A stretch of DNA of 44,782 nt, taken from positions 1-44,782 of the forward strand of contig JBBTUA010000006.1 of NCBI GenBank assembly GCA_038063995.1, in the 5' to 3' direction. Of the stretch, positions 44,046-44,782 are shown in pieces. This DNA comes from Patescibacteria group bacterium. Its GTDB lineage: Bacteria; Patescibacteriota; Minisyncoccia; 2-02-FULL-40-12. Under the pieces are notes generated by a model. It was given only the letters and a program-made list of their open reading frames with translations, did no database searches and was not told the origin of the DNA. The number at the start of each line of letters is the position of its first letter. Positions within the stretch are counted from its first letter, which is position 1. Made by a program: the position numbers and the translations under genes.

Positions 44046-44782
44046 TTAATTATTTTTACGCGCTTTTTGTCTTTCATTCTCGGTCAGATATTTTTTTCTA
44101 AGCCGGACAGATTTGGGCGTAATTTCAAGATATTCATCATCAGCCATTATTTCAAGCCCGCGCTCTATGCTTAATTCAAAAAATGGCTTTAACTCGATTG
44201 CTTCGTCAGAACCTGAAGAACGCATATTGCTCATTTTTTTGCCTTTTGTAGGATTAACCGTCATTTCTTCTCCCTTAGAAGTATTTCCAATGACCATTCC
44301 TTCATAAACTTCGGTGGCTGGGCCTATATATAAGGTACCTCTCTCTTGCAAACCCCATAAACTGAATCCAAGAGCTTTGCCAGCAGCCATCGAGATCATC
44401 GAACCGACAACTCTTTTGCGTATCTCTCCGGCATGCGGCTTAAATCCAATGACTCTTGAAGATAAAATACCTTCGCCTCTGGTATCAACGATGAATTGGT
44501 TGCGATAACCCAATAATCCGCGCGTCGGGCCTTCAAAAAACAAACGGGCAAGATTATCCTTTTCGGTCATATTCTTTAAGATAAAGCTACGCATTCCCAA
44601 ACGCTCGATTATCGCTCCCTTATATTCGGCAGGAATATCAATAATTACTTCTTCAAATGGTTCTTTTTTTACCCCGTCTTCATCATGAATGATTACCTGT
44701 GGCTGGGAGACTTGAAGTTCGAATCCGGCTCGACGCATATTTTCAAGAAGAATGGCAATATGAAGTTCGCCGCGGCCAAAAA
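44046..44782 (-). CDS. typA: Translational GTPase TypA/BipA, C-terminal part (5' end outside the window)
   Basis: GRGELHIAILLENMRRAGFE, RGLLG, VYEGMVIG, EITPKSVRLRK. Confidence 0.95.
   Translation of the reverse strand, partial: FGRGELHIAILLENMRRAGFELQVSQPQVIIHDEDGVKKEPFEEVIIDIPAEYKGAIIERLGMRSFILKNMTEKDNLARLFFEGPTRGLLGYRNQFIVDTRGEGILSSRVIGFKPHAGEIRKRVVGSMISMAAGKALGFSLWGLQERGTLYIGPATEVYEGMVIGNTSKGEEMTVNPTKGKKMSNMRSSGSDEAIELKPFFELSIERGLEIMADDEYLEITPKSVRLRKKYLTENERQKARKNN

Overview
Gene-dense chromosomal segment from a small-genome bacterium, most likely Patescibacteria/CPR (Parcubacteria-like). That assignment is inferred from the short RpoA, shortened L13, half-size MFS, PEGA and baseplate-J-like proteins and SD-less starts. 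Standard code 11 is used. Content: translation genes (infA-rpmJ-rpsM-rpsK-rpsD-rpoA-rplQ-rplM-rpsI, rplI, rpmA, rplU, frr, efp, def, fmt, alaS, gltX, cysS, partial typA, tRNA-Arg(CCG), tRNA-Glu(CTC)), replication/repair genes (holB, dnaB, PolX, EndoQ-like, MGMT, Tag), envelope genes, a putative type II R-M pair, and an interrupted HNH gene coupled to a tyrosine recombinase. The strongest unexplained signal is a layered set of non-coding, structure-conserved DNA elements. (1) Palindromic insertions of 21-54 bp sit in frame inside murG, fmt, cysS and def and nest inside each other at the polX start; some carry 4-bp target duplications (TTCA/TGAA, CCCG), and every net length that can be measured inside a gene is a multiple of 3. 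(2) Modular 200-300 bp rod-like hairpins with covarying stems occur as outward-facing pairs between genes; one pair splits def from fmt around a cargo ORF. No transposase is in the window. Other points of note: RpoA lacks the alpha-CTD and ends in an AT-hook-like motif, AlaRS has no editing domain, and a tRNA overlaps a CDS stop codon. All calls are by eye; no searches were run.
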